64,000 nucleotides of DNA from a virus (Duplodnaviria > Caudoviricetes). The notes under the pieces were generated by a model. That model was given only the letters and a program-made list of their open reading frames with translations. It was not told where the DNA came from and did no database searches. Positions 30,788 to 41,081 of this stretch are shown here, piece after piece. Made by a program: the position numbers and the translations under genes. Numbering within the stretch: position 1 is the stretch's first letter; each line of letters opens with the position of its first letter. The stretch is from IMG/VR virus record IMGVR_UViG_3300029969_000013, positions 13,111 to 77,110 of that record. The stretch is one strand, 5' to 3'.

Positions 30788-31839
30788 TGGCTTATACAAA
30801 CAGTCCGTTAGTTACTAAAACACAAAGATCTTCTAAACATAATGACAGAAGATATCCAATCACTAAAATTACTATACATCATGCTGCCGGCGTTATGAGT
30901 TTCGACACACTTCTGAATTATGTTGCAACTTGTCCTAGAGATATGTCTGCTAACTATGTACTGCGTCAGGGCAAGCTTGGACTTGTTGTCGATGAAAAAT
31001 ACAGAGCTTGGACATCTTCTAATGCAGAAAATGATCATAGAGCTGTAACCATTGAAGTCGGCAACTCATCTTCAGGTGGACAGTGGCCTATTGCAGATGT
31101 CGATCTTGAATTGCTTATCAAATGGTGTGCAGACGTATGTAAGAGAAACAATATTCCGAAGTTGTATTATGATGGAACTCCTAATGGATCTCTTACACTC
31201 CATGAGATGTTCGCTGCAACTGGCTGCCCTGGACCTTATATCAAGTCGAAAATCAATTATATTTGCACAGAAGTAAACAAGCTTATTAATTCTACCAGCA
31301 CTGGTAATACAACGTCATCTGCGCCAAATGCGACTGGTAATTCAACCTATAAAGTTGTGACAAACGTGTACGGTTATATGACAGCAGCTGATGCTGTAGC
31401 TGACAAAAACCGCAGGCGTACAGTTACTCCTGGTACTTATTATATATATAATGAGACATCTACAGCGGTGAATGTGACATTGAATAAAGCTGTTCCAGGT
31501 GCTTGGATTTGTAAAGCTAAAAACATCACAGCGTCTACATCTACTCCATCTACTAAGAAGTCTGTGGAAGCTATTGCCAAAGAAGTTATTGCTGGTAAAT
31601 GGGGCAACGGTTCAGATAGAGTAAATAAACTTACAGCAGCTGGTTACAATGCTACAGAAGTACAGTCTAAAGTAAATGAATTGTTATCCGGCAAGAAATC
31701 TACAAAGAAGTCTGTTACAGAAGTTGCTAAAGAAGTAATTCTAGGTCAATGGGGCAACGGTTCAGAACGTAAGAAGAAGCTTGAAGCTGCTGGGTACAAT
31801 TATGCTGAAGTACAAGCTGCTGTAAATAAATTACTGTAA
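30787..31839 (+). CDS. Endolysin: N-acetylmuramoyl-L-alanine amidase with two Cpl-7 (CW_7) repeats
   Basis: ITIHHAAG, RAWTS...TIEV, HEMFAATGCPG; two AKEVI.G.WGNG.ER...L.AAGYN..EVQ repeats. Confidence 0.9.
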   Translation: MAYTNSPLVTKTQRSSKHNDRRYPITKITIHHAAGVMSFDTLLNYVATCPRDMSANYVLRQGKLGLVVDEKYRAWTSSNAENDHRAVTIEVGNSSSGGQWPIADVDLELLIKWCADVCKRNNIPKLYYDGTPNGSLTLHEMFAATGCPGPYIKSKINYICTEVNKLINSTSTGNTTSSAPNATGNSTYKVVTNVYGYMTAADAVADKNRRRTVTPGTYYIYNETSTAVNVTLNKAVPGAWICKAKNITASTSTPSTKKSVEAIAKEVIAGKWGNGSDRVNKLTAAGYNATEVQSKVNELLSGKKSTKKSVTEVAKEVILGQWGNGSERKKKLEAAGYNYAEVQAAVNKLL

Positions 31840-31852
31840 TCTAGGTGGTAAT

Positions 31853-32359
31853 ATGAATCTTAGAATAGCAGGAACTGTCAACGATTCAATCGTTGATGGT
31901 CCTGGTATACGTTTTACTATCTTCACTCAAGGATGTCCTCATCGCTGTAAAGGGTGTCACAATCCACAAACTCATGATCTATATGGTGGTAAGATAGTTA
32001 CTATAGACAGCTTGATATTACAGATACAATCTAACCCATTATTAGACGGAGTAACATTCAGTGGAGGAGAACCTTTTCTACAAGCTGAATCATTAGCTGA
32101 ATTAGGTAAATATATTCATGCTCATACATCTCTCAACATAGTGACATATACAGGCTATACATTTGAAGAACTGCTTTCAGCATCAAATGTTGATAAAGCT
32201 TGTATGAGGTTACTTGAAGAAAGTGATATCTTGATTGATGGGTTATTTATAGAGTCTGAGAAAAGTTATGAACTCCGATTCAAAGGTAGCTCTAATCAAA
32301 GATGTATAAATGTTAAAGATAGCCTATTGCAGAACAAAATAGTATTAGCTAACATATAA
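31853..32359 (+). CDS. nrdG: Anaerobic ribonucleotide reductase activating protein
   Basis: SIVDGPGIR, CPHRCKGCHNP radical-SAM motif, TFSGGEPF, FKGSSNQR. Confidence 0.95.
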   Translation: MNLRIAGTVNDSIVDGPGIRFTIFTQGCPHRCKGCHNPQTHDLYGGKIVTIDSLILQIQSNPLLDGVTFSGGEPFLQAESLAELGKYIHAHTSLNIVTYTGYTFEELLSASNVDKACMRLLEESDILIDGLFIESEKSYELRFKGSSNQRCINVKDSLLQNKIVLANI

Positions 32360-32360
32360 G

Positions 32361-32399
32361 ATAGGAGTGCAGGTCACATAGATCTGCACTTCTTATTTT
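32361..32399 (+). terminator. Intrinsic terminator
   Basis: ATAGGAGTGCAG / CTGCACTTCTTAT stem plus TTTT. Confidence 0.65.
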
Positions 32400-32475
32400 A
32401 TGAATCGTTATGTATTGTATAGTAAATAAAAATATAATTTACTATATGAACAAAACGTAAAAATACTAAGGAGTT

Positions 32476-33156
32476 ATGACAATGGACAAATTTACAAGAA
32501 GACGTGCAATTGCAACTTGTGCGTTATTAGCAGTTGTAGGTGTAAGCGGTTTTGGTATTGTTAAAAACAAATGCGAATCTCAGTGTAGTGCAATTCCTAC
32601 TACATATGAATATACAGATGAAGTAACAACAATGCCTTATATGGTTACAAATACATCTACAAAAATTGAAACAACAACTGAAGCTGCTACAACATCTGTT
32701 ACTACTACAACTACAACGACAGAAGCAGCACATCTATATACAACAGTATGCGAAACTTGTGGAAGTAATATTACTGGTGTATATCTTACAGATACAGAAG
32801 TACAGATCTTAGGTACACTTGTATATCTTGAAGGTGGGGTAGAATCTTATGACTGCCAGAAAGCGATTGCAAGTACTGTTATAAATAGAATGATTACCTC
32901 TGGAGATACACTTATTGAAACTATCTATGCAGATAATCAATATTCAGTAGCATGTATGCTCGATGATTCATCACCTTCAGATGAATCGTTAAATGCGGTG
33001 ATGGAAGTATTAAACAACGGAACTACAGTACCGGAATACGTTACATTCTTCAGATCTGGTTACTATCATGATTGGGGAGATCAAGTACCATATTGCAGGA
33101 TTGACGATACATATTTTACATATAGTCAATCGTTGTTAGACGCTTATGAAAATTAA
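32476..33156 (+). CDS. Cell wall hydrolase, SleB/Hydrolase_2 family
   Basis: N-terminal TM/signal, Thr-rich linker, LVYLEG..ES...AIASTVINR...QYS, C-terminal IDDTYF. Confidence 0.8.
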   Translation: MTMDKFTRRRAIATCALLAVVGVSGFGIVKNKCESQCSAIPTTYEYTDEVTTMPYMVTNTSTKIETTTEAATTSVTTTTTTTEAAHLYTTVCETCGSNITGVYLTDTEVQILGTLVYLEGGVESYDCQKAIASTVINRMITSGDTLIETIYADNQYSVACMLDDSSPSDESLNAVMEVLNNGTTVPEYVTFFRSGYYHDWGDQVPYCRIDDTYFTYSQSLLDAYEN

Positions 33157-33175
33157 ACTATAAAGGAGTAATAAC

Positions 33176-33535
33176 ATGAAATTTGAAGTAATCAATAGTG
33201 ACGGACAAGTTGTTATGCAGACTACATCAAATGAATGTGTACCTACTCTTGATGAATTAGAATCAATGTCTTCCGCAGGCTATCGTTACAAGGTAGATGG
33301 TAAGATAATTGGTAAAACACGTGTTATGAAAGCAGTAGGCGGAAGCAAGCTTACTGCTTCTTCTATTAACACAGCATCAAAGAAGTCAGGTAAACAGGTT
33401 AGATGTATAGAAACTGGTGACATATATTCAAGTAAAGTAGAAGCTGGTAAGGCTTTTGGAATTTCAGATTCTTCTGTATATGATTCAATTAGACTCAATA
33501 AGAAAGTTAAAGGTTACAGCTTTGAATTAGTATAA
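33176..33535 (+). CDS. Protein with NUMOD1-like DNA-binding domain
   Basis: KQVRCIETGDIYSSKVEAGKAFGIS. Confidence 0.55.
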   Translation: MKFEVINSDGQVVMQTTSNECVPTLDELESMSSAGYRYKVDGKIIGKTRVMKAVGGSKLTASSINTASKKSGKQVRCIETGDIYSSKVEAGKAFGISDSSVYDSIRLNKKVKGYSFELV

Positions 33536-33604
33536 TCGTTATTGTACATGTAAATATGTTATGAACATGTATTTGACTATTTTATTAATTCATAGGAGGT
33601 AAAC

Positions 33605-35425
33605 ATGATACATGTAATTCAAAACAATGATGTATATGAACTTACATTTAAATATGATGAGCTGCTTATATCATATGTAAAAAATGTACCAGGTCGTACT
33701 TGGTTACCAGATAAAAAGAAATGGACTATTCCAAAGGAGCATCTAGGATGGTTCCTCAATGAGATAAAGGGCACAGTATATGAAAATTGTGTTAATATCA
33801 TATCAGATGAACACTTGAATGAAAATGCTACGCTTGATTCAACATCTGAATCCCAAATTCCTAATATAGATATTTCTGATATAGATCAATATGTTATGGA
33901 AGGAGGTTCATTATATAAACATCAGATTGATTTCTTGAAATATGCTAAATCTAGAAATTCAGCAGGGTTCATACTTGCAGATGAAATGGGATTAGGTAAA
34001 ACTTTGGAAGTAATAAACTATGCACTTTATCAAAAGAAAGTACATGGATACAAACATTGTTTAATCATATGCTGTGTGAATTCTGCAAAATATAGTTGGA
34101 AAGAAGATATAGAGAAGCACACTAAAGGTGCAGAGTCGGCATATATTTTAGGAACACGAAAGAAACGTAATGGTGGTATTAGATATGGTACATCTGGAGC
34201 TGATAAAACTCAAGATTTGATATCTGGGCATATGTATAGTGATCCAAGTGAACCTGAACTTCCATTCTTTCTTATTACTAACATTGAATCATTGAGGACA
34301 AGATCTGGTAAACAATATACACTAGTTGCTGAAATTGTCAAGATGACCTGGAAGAAAGAAATGCCATTGATAGCTTTAGACGAAATACACAAGAATATGT
34401 CACCTAAATCTACTCAAGGTAAGATGGTTCTTAAAATCAAACAAATGACTGGAAGTGCTATAGAGTGGATTCCAATGACAGGTACTCCAATTGTAAATAA
34501 GCCTACTGATGTATTTACACCATTGAAATTGATAGGTGTGCATAGTGTCAAAAGTTACTGGGAATGGTGTAAATTGTTTGTTATATATGGAGGATATGGT
34601 GACCATGAAATAATGGGATATAAAAATATACCTCAGCTGAAACAGATGTTACAAAATAATATGCTTCGTAGATTGAAGAAAGATGTACTAGATTTACCAG
34701 ATAAAATACATCATAATATATATGTGGAAAACACACCTACACAAGCACAGTTGTATGCATCATTACAAACTGAAATATATGAAAATAAAGAATCTATATT
34801 AGGATCTATGAATCCATTAGCATCATTCCTTCGTTTACGACAGGTCAATGGAAGTCCAGAACTTGTTGATAAATCTATTGTAGTAGATGATAAGTATTTA
34901 TCAAAGAATGCTAAGCTGGCTGAACTTATGAGGTTGCTTGAAGATATAATTGAACGAGATGAAAAAGTAGTAATATTTTCAAACTGGGTAGAACCGCTCA
35001 AAACCTTATATAGATTTGTAGCAGCAAAATATAAAACTACATGTTTTACTGGTACAATGTCTGAAGAAGATCGACAGAAGCATAAACGTGTATTCTTGAA
35101 TAATCCTGACTATAAGATTATGCTTGGCACTATTGGCGCACTTGGTGTTAATCATACTCTTACTGTTGCAACAAATGTTATTTTCTATGATGAACCTTGG
35201 ACACCTGGTGATAAGATTCAAGCTGAAGATCGTTGTCATCGTATTGGTTCTAAATATCCGCTTAATATTTACACATTGTTGACAGTTAATACTGTTGATG
35301 ATACTGTCCACAAAATAATAGGTGATAAAGCGGATATCTCAGGATACATTGTAGATGGTAAGCTGGATTTGAGAAATAATCCAGAATTGTTTGAAAAGCT
35401 TCTAGGAGATGTACATCGAATTTAA
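33605..35425 (+). CDS. SNF2-family helicase/translocase
   Basis: DEMGLGKT, DEIH, MTGTPIVN, QAEDRCHRIG. Confidence 0.92.
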   Translation: MIHVIQNNDVYELTFKYDELLISYVKNVPGRTWLPDKKKWTIPKEHLGWFLNEIKGTVYENCVNIISDEHLNENATLDSTSESQIPNIDISDIDQYVMEGGSLYKHQIDFLKYAKSRNSAGFILADEMGLGKTLEVINYALYQKKVHGYKHCLIICCVNSAKYSWKEDIEKHTKGAESAYILGTRKKRNGGIRYGTSGADKTQDLISGHMYSDPSEPELPFFLITNIESLRTRSGKQYTLVAEIVKMTWKKEMPLIALDEIHKNMSPKSTQGKMVLKIKQMTGSAIEWIPMTGTPIVNKPTDVFTPLKLIGVHSVKSYWEWCKLFVIYGGYGDHEIMGYKNIPQLKQMLQNNMLRRLKKDVLDLPDKIHHNIYVENTPTQAQLYASLQTEIYENKESILGSMNPLASFLRLRQVNGSPELVDKSIVVDDKYLSKNAKLAELMRLLEDIIERDEKVVIFSNWVEPLKTLYRFVAAKYKTTCFTGTMSEEDRQKHKRVFLNNPDYKIMLGTIGALGVNHTLTVATNVIFYDEPWTPGDKIQAEDRCHRIGSKYPLNIYTLLTVNTVDDTVHKIIGDKADISGYIVDGKLDLRNNPELFEKLLGDVHRI

Positions 35426-35439
35426 ACGGAGGTGTATAA

Positions 35440-35670
35440 ATGAAACGCAGAGTAATATCAGCTCAAGCTATAACAGCTGCTGAAAATGATTCAGCATTTG
35501 ATGATATCATTGGTAATATCAAAGCTGATTTTGAATATATTATAGACGGACTTGAAACTCTTAATCGTAGAGGTGCAGATTCTGTAAAGCAAGCGATGTC
35601 TATTGCTACTAGCATAAGTGCTGACCTTGAACAGCACATTGCTGCAGTAGCTGATTCTATTACAAAGTAA
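35440..35670 (+). CDS. Small hypothetical protein (candidate internal head protein)
   Basis: GGAGG RBS; MKRRVISAQAITAAE. Confidence 0.7.
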   Translation: MKRRVISAQAITAAENDSAFDDIIGNIKADFEYIIDGLETLNRRGADSVKQAMSIATSISADLEQHIAAVADSITK

Positions 35671-35685
35671 TTGAGGTGTATTTAT

Positions 35686-36669
35686 ATGAAAAAGTTTAAG
35701 AAGTATCCATCAAGTATTAAAGCATCGACAGGAGGTCGTAATAGGAAGAAATATGTTCAAGCTGCAGAAAGCGATTACATCAAAATCGGTAACATGATGA
35801 TTCCAAAGAATGCTGCGTCTTATGGATATGATAGCTACGAAAATATTGCACGAGATGCAAAGCAGCGTTTGGACATTGAAAGAGAAACTAAACGTAAGGC
35901 AGACGAAGCTGCTGCAAAGGCTGCAAAAGCTAATGATATAAAAGCCAAAGGTGCAGCGTTGTATCAAGAATGTAAAGAAGCTATATCTGATGCATCTTCT
36001 GATAAAGATAAGGTAAATGCTTTGTTCGATATCTTAGTACCAGATTCTGGAAAATCTGATACGCTTGCAGGTGAGATCATAAGAGCTGTTACTCGAATCG
36101 GTTATAGATGGTACAATGACGGAGATTATTTCTATACAGGATATGGTCTTGAAACATGCGGCTCAGATGCTGCATTCCTTGCAGATATTATCGGTGGTGA
36201 TACGTTCGATTTAATTGTAGATGCTACAGATAATATGGGAGATGAACAAAGATATGATATGTTCATAGAAGATCTTACACACGATGTATTAGATTATGTT
36301 ATGGACAATCCCGATATATTTGGAGTTGAATCTACGTATGACTCTCGTAACTATACAAGTAATACTTTAGACGAAATAAAAGAAAATTCTAAAAATATGG
36401 AATTTGAGCCTGATGTATATGGTTTTGCAGAGTTTGTAGATAGCGGTATTATATCCTGGAGCGATGTTGAATATTGGTTACAAGAACTAACTAGTTACTA
36501 TGGTGGTACTGTTAATGCGTGGGCAAGAGATGGATTCACTATAGTTGATATAGATATGGATCAATATGACGAATGGGAAAATATGTACGAAAAAGAGTTG
36601 GATTCTTACATGTCTGAGCTTGAATCTGAGCTTGAAAACGACGAAAATTACGATGAAGATGAGGAGTAA
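35686..36669 (+). CDS. Acidic hypothetical protein (candidate internal head protein)
   Basis: GAGGTG RBS; basic N-terminus IKAST...VQAAE; LVPDSGKSDTLAGEIIRA...YRWYNDGD core. Confidence 0.7.
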   Translation: MKKFKKYPSSIKASTGGRNRKKYVQAAESDYIKIGNMMIPKNAASYGYDSYENIARDAKQRLDIERETKRKADEAAAKAAKANDIKAKGAALYQECKEAISDASSDKDKVNALFDILVPDSGKSDTLAGEIIRAVTRIGYRWYNDGDYFYTGYGLETCGSDAAFLADIIGGDTFDLIVDATDNMGDEQRYDMFIEDLTHDVLDYVMDNPDIFGVESTYDSRNYTSNTLDEIKENSKNMEFEPDVYGFAEFVDSGIISWSDVEYWLQELTSYYGGTVNAWARDGFTIVDIDMDQYDEWENMYEKELDSYMSELESELENDENYDEDEE

Positions 36670-36675
36670 TGTTAT

Positions 36676-36939
36676 ATGAAGAGAATTTATTCAGCTCTTA
36701 ATAAATATACAGAATACAGCATTTCTGATGTAGAAAGGGAGCTTCTCAATCGTATTGGATCTAGAGTCGGGGCTGAGTCTGCTATTATCGTGAATCTCGG
36801 TACAGGTGAAGCGGGTGTAATCTCTGAAACTGCTGATGGTGATATTGTACTTGATAACTTAGATACTGGAAAGCGTACATGGGATGCACAAAATGTAATT
36901 GAAGAGGTGCTAACATCATGGGACAAATCTATTAAGTGA
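36676..36939 (+). CDS. Small hypothetical protein
   Basis: GAGGAG RBS; MKRIYSAL. Confidence 0.65.
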   Translation: MKRIYSALNKYTEYSISDVERELLNRIGSRVGAESAIIVNLGTGEAGVISETADGDIVLDNLDTGKRTWDAQNVIEEVLTSWDKSIK

Positions 36940-36947
36940 GGTGCTGT

Positions 36948-37187
36948 ATGAAACGATTTATCAAATGCTCTGCTAATACGTGTAAAGCTACAGGTCGTAC
37001 TTGGTCTGAATTTATCCGAAATATAAAATCTGCTTTAGGATATGAAGTAGATTCTGCATATCGTAGATCACCTGATCAGTTCATATTGATGTATTTAGAT
37101 GGTGCAGAATATGAAGGTGAAGTAACTAGATATTCAGACGGCACATATGAATTGGTATGTGATAACATATATCCAGCTAGGATGTAA
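36948..37187 (+). CDS. Small hypothetical protein
   Basis: GAGGTG RBS; MKRFIKCSA. Confidence 0.65.
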   Translation: MKRFIKCSANTCKATGRTWSEFIRNIKSALGYEVDSAYRRSPDQFILMYLDGAEYEGEVTRYSDGTYELVCDNIYPARM

Positions 37188-37202
37188 CTAAAGGAGATAG
37201 GC

Positions 37203-37694
37203 ATGAAGTTCAATGTTGATACTAGTATAGGTAAGAAAGCAGAGGCTAAAATAAAGGAATGGTTAGATAAGCCTGAAGAAGGATATTGCTTCGACAGAAT
37301 ACCTGACCAGATGACTGGATTTTATGGTTCTAAAAACATATGTGATTTCACATTATTCAAGTCACCTAACATGTACTACATTGAATCTAAAGCTACATGG
37401 GAAGATAGATTCGACTTCTCTATGCTAACGCCTACTCAACATGATGGGTTGCTAAAGAAGTCGAAAATTCCTAATGTATATGGAGTAGTGATTGTGTTAT
37501 TTGCACATCATCAACGTGCATTTATAATTGATATAAATGAAATCAAGCGTCTTGAAGATTCAGGGAATAAGTCTATCAATATCAAGAAGATTGACAATTG
37601 GGGCATTACATATACAGAGGTTCAGACAATACCAAATAGTCGTAAAACATTTCTTGATTATACTGGAGAGTTTGCTGTAAAACCAAGTCCTTAA
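37203..37694 (+). CDS. Holliday junction resolvase, RecU-like
   Basis: PD-(D/E)xK pattern CDFTLF...YIESKAT; PTQHDGL. Confidence 0.75.
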   Translation: MKFNVDTSIGKKAEAKIKEWLDKPEEGYCFDRIPDQMTGFYGSKNICDFTLFKSPNMYYIESKATWEDRFDFSMLTPTQHDGLLKKSKIPNVYGVVIVLFAHHQRAFIIDINEIKRLEDSGNKSINIKKIDNWGITYTEVQTIPNSRKTFLDYTGEFAVKPSP

Positions 37695-37763
37695 ATTGCG
37701 AATCGTTATATAATGTAACATCATAACAATCAAATATATGTTATGAAGACTGGAGGTTACATT

Positions 37764-38369
37764 ATGAAAGAGAACAAATTACACTATGCAGCATTTGGAG
37801 AGCTTGAGAATGCATTCTACAATGAGCACTATAATCTTGAAATAAGCGAAAATGGTGATCTTGAAGCAACAGCTTTTGAAGATGCAGATATGATGCCTAA
37901 AATCGCTATTCATAAATCTGAAGTTGATGGTAATTATTACTACTCAGCTGCACTATCGTTTCCTTTACTCGATAGCACAGAAATGGAATTCTATGACAGT
38001 ATTGCGTACTGGATGAAGCGTTGGAGTGATATTGGTCATATCATAACTATGCTGGATCAGTTTGTATATAATCCATCTTTGTATGAAGACGAAGAAGAAA
38101 ATGCAGAAGATTCGGCAGATGATTGTGGTATTCAATCTGTAATAGAGTTTATCAATTCTGATAACTTTGACATTGGTTGGTTCGTATGTGATATGTACAA
38201 TGGTAATGCTAGCTCAACTGGAGATGCATTTAGACAGCTTATAGTAGAATCGGCTATCAAATATCTCAATGATGCTTGCAGCGGAAATAATGGACTATGT
38301 CATGATGCTATAAATAGTACAGAAGTTCATAAGACGCTTTGGGACATGACCGAAGGTTATAAAGTATAA
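37764..38369 (+). CDS. Acidic hypothetical protein
   Basis: GGAGG RBS; acidic linker between two apparent domains. Confidence 0.65.
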   Translation: MKENKLHYAAFGELENAFYNEHYNLEISENGDLEATAFEDADMMPKIAIHKSEVDGNYYYSAALSFPLLDSTEMEFYDSIAYWMKRWSDIGHIITMLDQFVYNPSLYEDEEENAEDSADDCGIQSVIEFINSDNFDIGWFVCDMYNGNASSTGDAFRQLIVESAIKYLNDACSGNNGLCHDAINSTEVHKTLWDMTEGYKV

Positions 38370-38535
38370 ATTTTATACAAACAATCGTTAAATAGTATGC
38401 ACGTCTATCTGATGTGCATACTTTATTTTTAAGAGGTTTGATGCTATGAAGAACTATATAGTTGGTGCAGTTGTAGCGACTGTAAAATGTGATTCGTTAT
38501 ATAATATGTAACAAATTACAACGGAGGTATTTAAT

Positions 38536-39441
38536 ATGTATAATCTTGATGTTATATCAAAAGGAGAATTTCGTTTCTGGTTCAAGCGAAGAGGTATATC
38601 CTGCGTATGGGATGTTTTTGAAATGACTAAAAATATCAATGATGCAGATGCTGTACCGCTTACAACATACTATGAAGAGAGTGATCTAATTGATCTAATT
38701 GATGATTTTGAAACTGAAGATTCTAACATCTTTGATGAAATTCGTAAAGAGTTCAATATGTTCCGAGAACAGAGACCTGAATATGGTGTCGGCATTCCTA
38801 TTGATGTTCGTCTTATTTCTGATTGCGAATGTTCTGATGAGCTGCTTGAAGAACGACAGTATGTTTTTGAAAAGTTGCTTACTGCGGTAATTGCTATGCA
38901 AGAAACAGGCGACCGTGGTATTGATTATGCACGTAGATGTATTAATTGGCTGAGAAATGGAGATTTTTATACAGCTCCTGCGTCTACAAGATTCCATGAA
39001 GCTGAACCTGGCGGTCTTCTTAAACATACACTTAAAGTTGTAAATGCTATTTATCAGATCAGCGTTGTAGACTCTTTCAGCGAAGTGAAGTTACATGAAG
39101 CAGTACTGGTAGCTCTTGCACATGATTGGTGTAAGATTGGAACATACGAAATGTACATGAGAAATGTTAAAGATGATGCTACTGGAGTGTGGAACAAAGT
39201 CCCTTCATACAGGAAAGTTGAGTCCCCTATTCCATTTGGTCATGGTACATCATCTATGTATACTGTACAGAAATTCGTTCATCTGACCATGGAACAAGCG
39301 TTAGCAATCAGATGGCATATGGGTAGGTGGTATGTATCTGATTCTGAAATTAATGAACTTCAGCATTCAAATGAAATCTATCCACTTGTCCATATGATTC
39401 AGTTTGCCGATCAGCTTGCAATCACATCTTATTTTCACTAA
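38536..39441 (+). CDS. HD-domain phosphohydrolase with N-terminal extension
   Basis: FYTAPASTRFH...GGLLKHT...HDWCKIG...IRWHMG...FADQ. Confidence 0.85.
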   Translation: MYNLDVISKGEFRFWFKRRGISCVWDVFEMTKNINDADAVPLTTYYEESDLIDLIDDFETEDSNIFDEIRKEFNMFREQRPEYGVGIPIDVRLISDCECSDELLEERQYVFEKLLTAVIAMQETGDRGIDYARRCINWLRNGDFYTAPASTRFHEAEPGGLLKHTLKVVNAIYQISVVDSFSEVKLHEAVLVALAHDWCKIGTYEMYMRNVKDDATGVWNKVPSYRKVESPIPFGHGTSSMYTVQKFVHLTMEQALAIRWHMGRWYVSDSEINELQHSNEIYPLVHMIQFADQLAITSYFH

Positions 39442-39468
39442 AATATTAAACATATTATGATAATACAG

Positions 39469-39495
39469 TAGGCGTTCAAACTGGACGCCTATTTT
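39469..39495 (+). terminator. Intrinsic terminator
   Basis: TAGGCGTTC / GGACGCCTA plus TTTT. Confidence 0.7.
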
Positions 39496-39538
39496 GTATA
39501 ACCTTTAATATCATAGAACATATATTAGGAGGTATACT

Positions 39539-40192
39539 ATGGGTTACATTCCGACTACTATAAAACAGTATGCAAACGAAGACATAAATGCTGCACTGAA
39601 AGCAGTATCAAACAACATGAAGTTATCATCAATGTCATTTGATAAGGACGGCGTAGATAAAAATAGCGATGAATATACTGTGTATGCAACAGCTATTATT
39701 GCATGTCCAGATCTCAAATTACAATTTGAGTTCATAATGGAATATGTAGTAACATCAGACGGTTCTGTATATGCAAGTGGTACAGTTGATGAGTTTGCTG
39801 ATTCACTTGAAGATAGATATGCTGCTTGCGAATCTGGTGAAGATGGTGAACCTATCACCGCATCTACTAGAGTCAAGCGACAACCTATCATGGCAGCAGA
39901 AGACGAAGATGAATTCATAGACACTGTAGATGATCTTTCAGATAGTGTAGATGATATACAAGATACGCTTGATGAGATTGACGGAACAGAAATCGAAGAA
40001 GATGAAGTTGATATTGAGGTTGATAACAATATCGCCAATCATTACATTGCAGAATGTGATACGTGTCATGGGCTTTTCATTTCAGCGTTGATTGAATCAG
40101 ATCAAGAAGTTGAAAAGGTATCTGGTGTCTGCCCACTCTGTAATAAAGATACAGATCAATATCTAAAATTTATCGTGCGTCCTATTGAGTAG
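39539..40192 (+). CDS. Acidic protein with C-terminal zinc ribbon
   Basis: CDTC...CPLC; internal PITASTRVKRQPIMAAE; AACCTT motif upstream. Confidence 0.65.
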   Translation: MGYIPTTIKQYANEDINAALKAVSNNMKLSSMSFDKDGVDKNSDEYTVYATAIIACPDLKLQFEFIMEYVVTSDGSVYASGTVDEFADSLEDRYAACESGEDGEPITASTRVKRQPIMAAEDEDEFIDTVDDLSDSVDDIQDTLDEIDGTEIEEDEVDIEVDNNIANHYIAECDTCHGLFISALIESDQEVEKVSGVCPLCNKDTDQYLKFIVRPIE

Positions 40193-40207
40193 AGGGAGGT
40201 GTGGTAA

Positions 40208-40675
40208 ATGGATTGGAGTTCTATATTTGTTGCGAGTTTACCAGTAATATCGGCTGTGCTCGTAGCAGTTCTAAATAATTGGGAAAAGATCAACCCAAGT
40301 AAACGTAAAATAAATGAAATGTATAAACTTGTATCCGATCTTAAATCGGAATTACAGTCGAACAGTCAACAGTTTGATGAGTTATCTAAACAAGTAAGAT
40401 CTGTATCGTCTGCACAACGTATAAGTTTGCAAACTAGAATCCTTGAATACTGTAAAAAGATTCAAAATTCTATAGATGACGGAGAGATAGATTACCGTGA
40501 AGATTTGAAGCAGCTTATCATATTATATAGGGAATATTATCTATGTGGGTACAACAGCCAAGGTAGATTATACTTCAATGATACTATTCAAAAAGCAACA
40601 GACGATAACAATACGCTTGTTCATGAGCTTATGACTACATATTTTTCAGAATACGACCCAGATGCACATATTTAA
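40208..40675 (+). CDS. Membrane-anchored coiled-coil protein (holin-associated)
   Basis: One N-terminal TM helix then coiled coil; precedes holin-like gene. Confidence 0.55.
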   Translation: MDWSSIFVASLPVISAVLVAVLNNWEKINPSKRKINEMYKLVSDLKSELQSNSQQFDELSKQVRSVSSAQRISLQTRILEYCKKIQNSIDDGEIDYREDLKQLIILYREYYLCGYNSQGRLYFNDTIQKATDDNNTLVHELMTTYFSEYDPDAHI

Positions 40676-40687
40676 GGAGGAGTAATT

Positions 40688-41071
40688 ATGTGGAATCAAA
40701 TATTATCAGCAGTGTTAGGTATCGCAATAACAGCACTTGGTACAGTAATTACTACAGTGTTGTTACCGGCATCATGTAATTGGCTGAAAGCTAAAACACA
40801 TAGCCAGCATTTACAATCCGTTATTGATGATATAACATTTACAGTTCAGTCTAGTGTAGATATGCTGGAACAGACAGTTGTAAAGCAGCTTAAGGAAGAA
40901 AAATCCTGGAATGCAACATCTCAAGCACAAGTTCTAGAAACAGCTGTAACTGAAATAGTGACGAATTTATCAAATCAGACATTTGACATATTGAAAGCAG
41001 AAGGTTATAATATTGAAACTTTGGTAAAGCGTCACATTGAAGCATATATTCAATCTAAGAAAATAATTTAG
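40688..41071 (+). CDS. Holin-like protein (LL-H type)
   Basis: N-terminal TM segment then VQSSVDMLEQT...K pattern. Confidence 0.55.
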   Translation: MWNQILSAVLGIAITALGTVITTVLLPASCNWLKAKTHSQHLQSVIDDITFTVQSSVDMLEQTVVKQLKEEKSWNATSQAQVLETAVTEIVTNLSNQTFDILKAEGYNIETLVKRHIEAYIQSKKII

Positions 41072-41081
41072 AGGTGATTTC

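Noticed and set aside
38446-38511. 21-codon ORF with an RBS (MKNYIVGAVV...)
   Set aside because: Too short, runs into the next promoter motif; possibly a gene remnant
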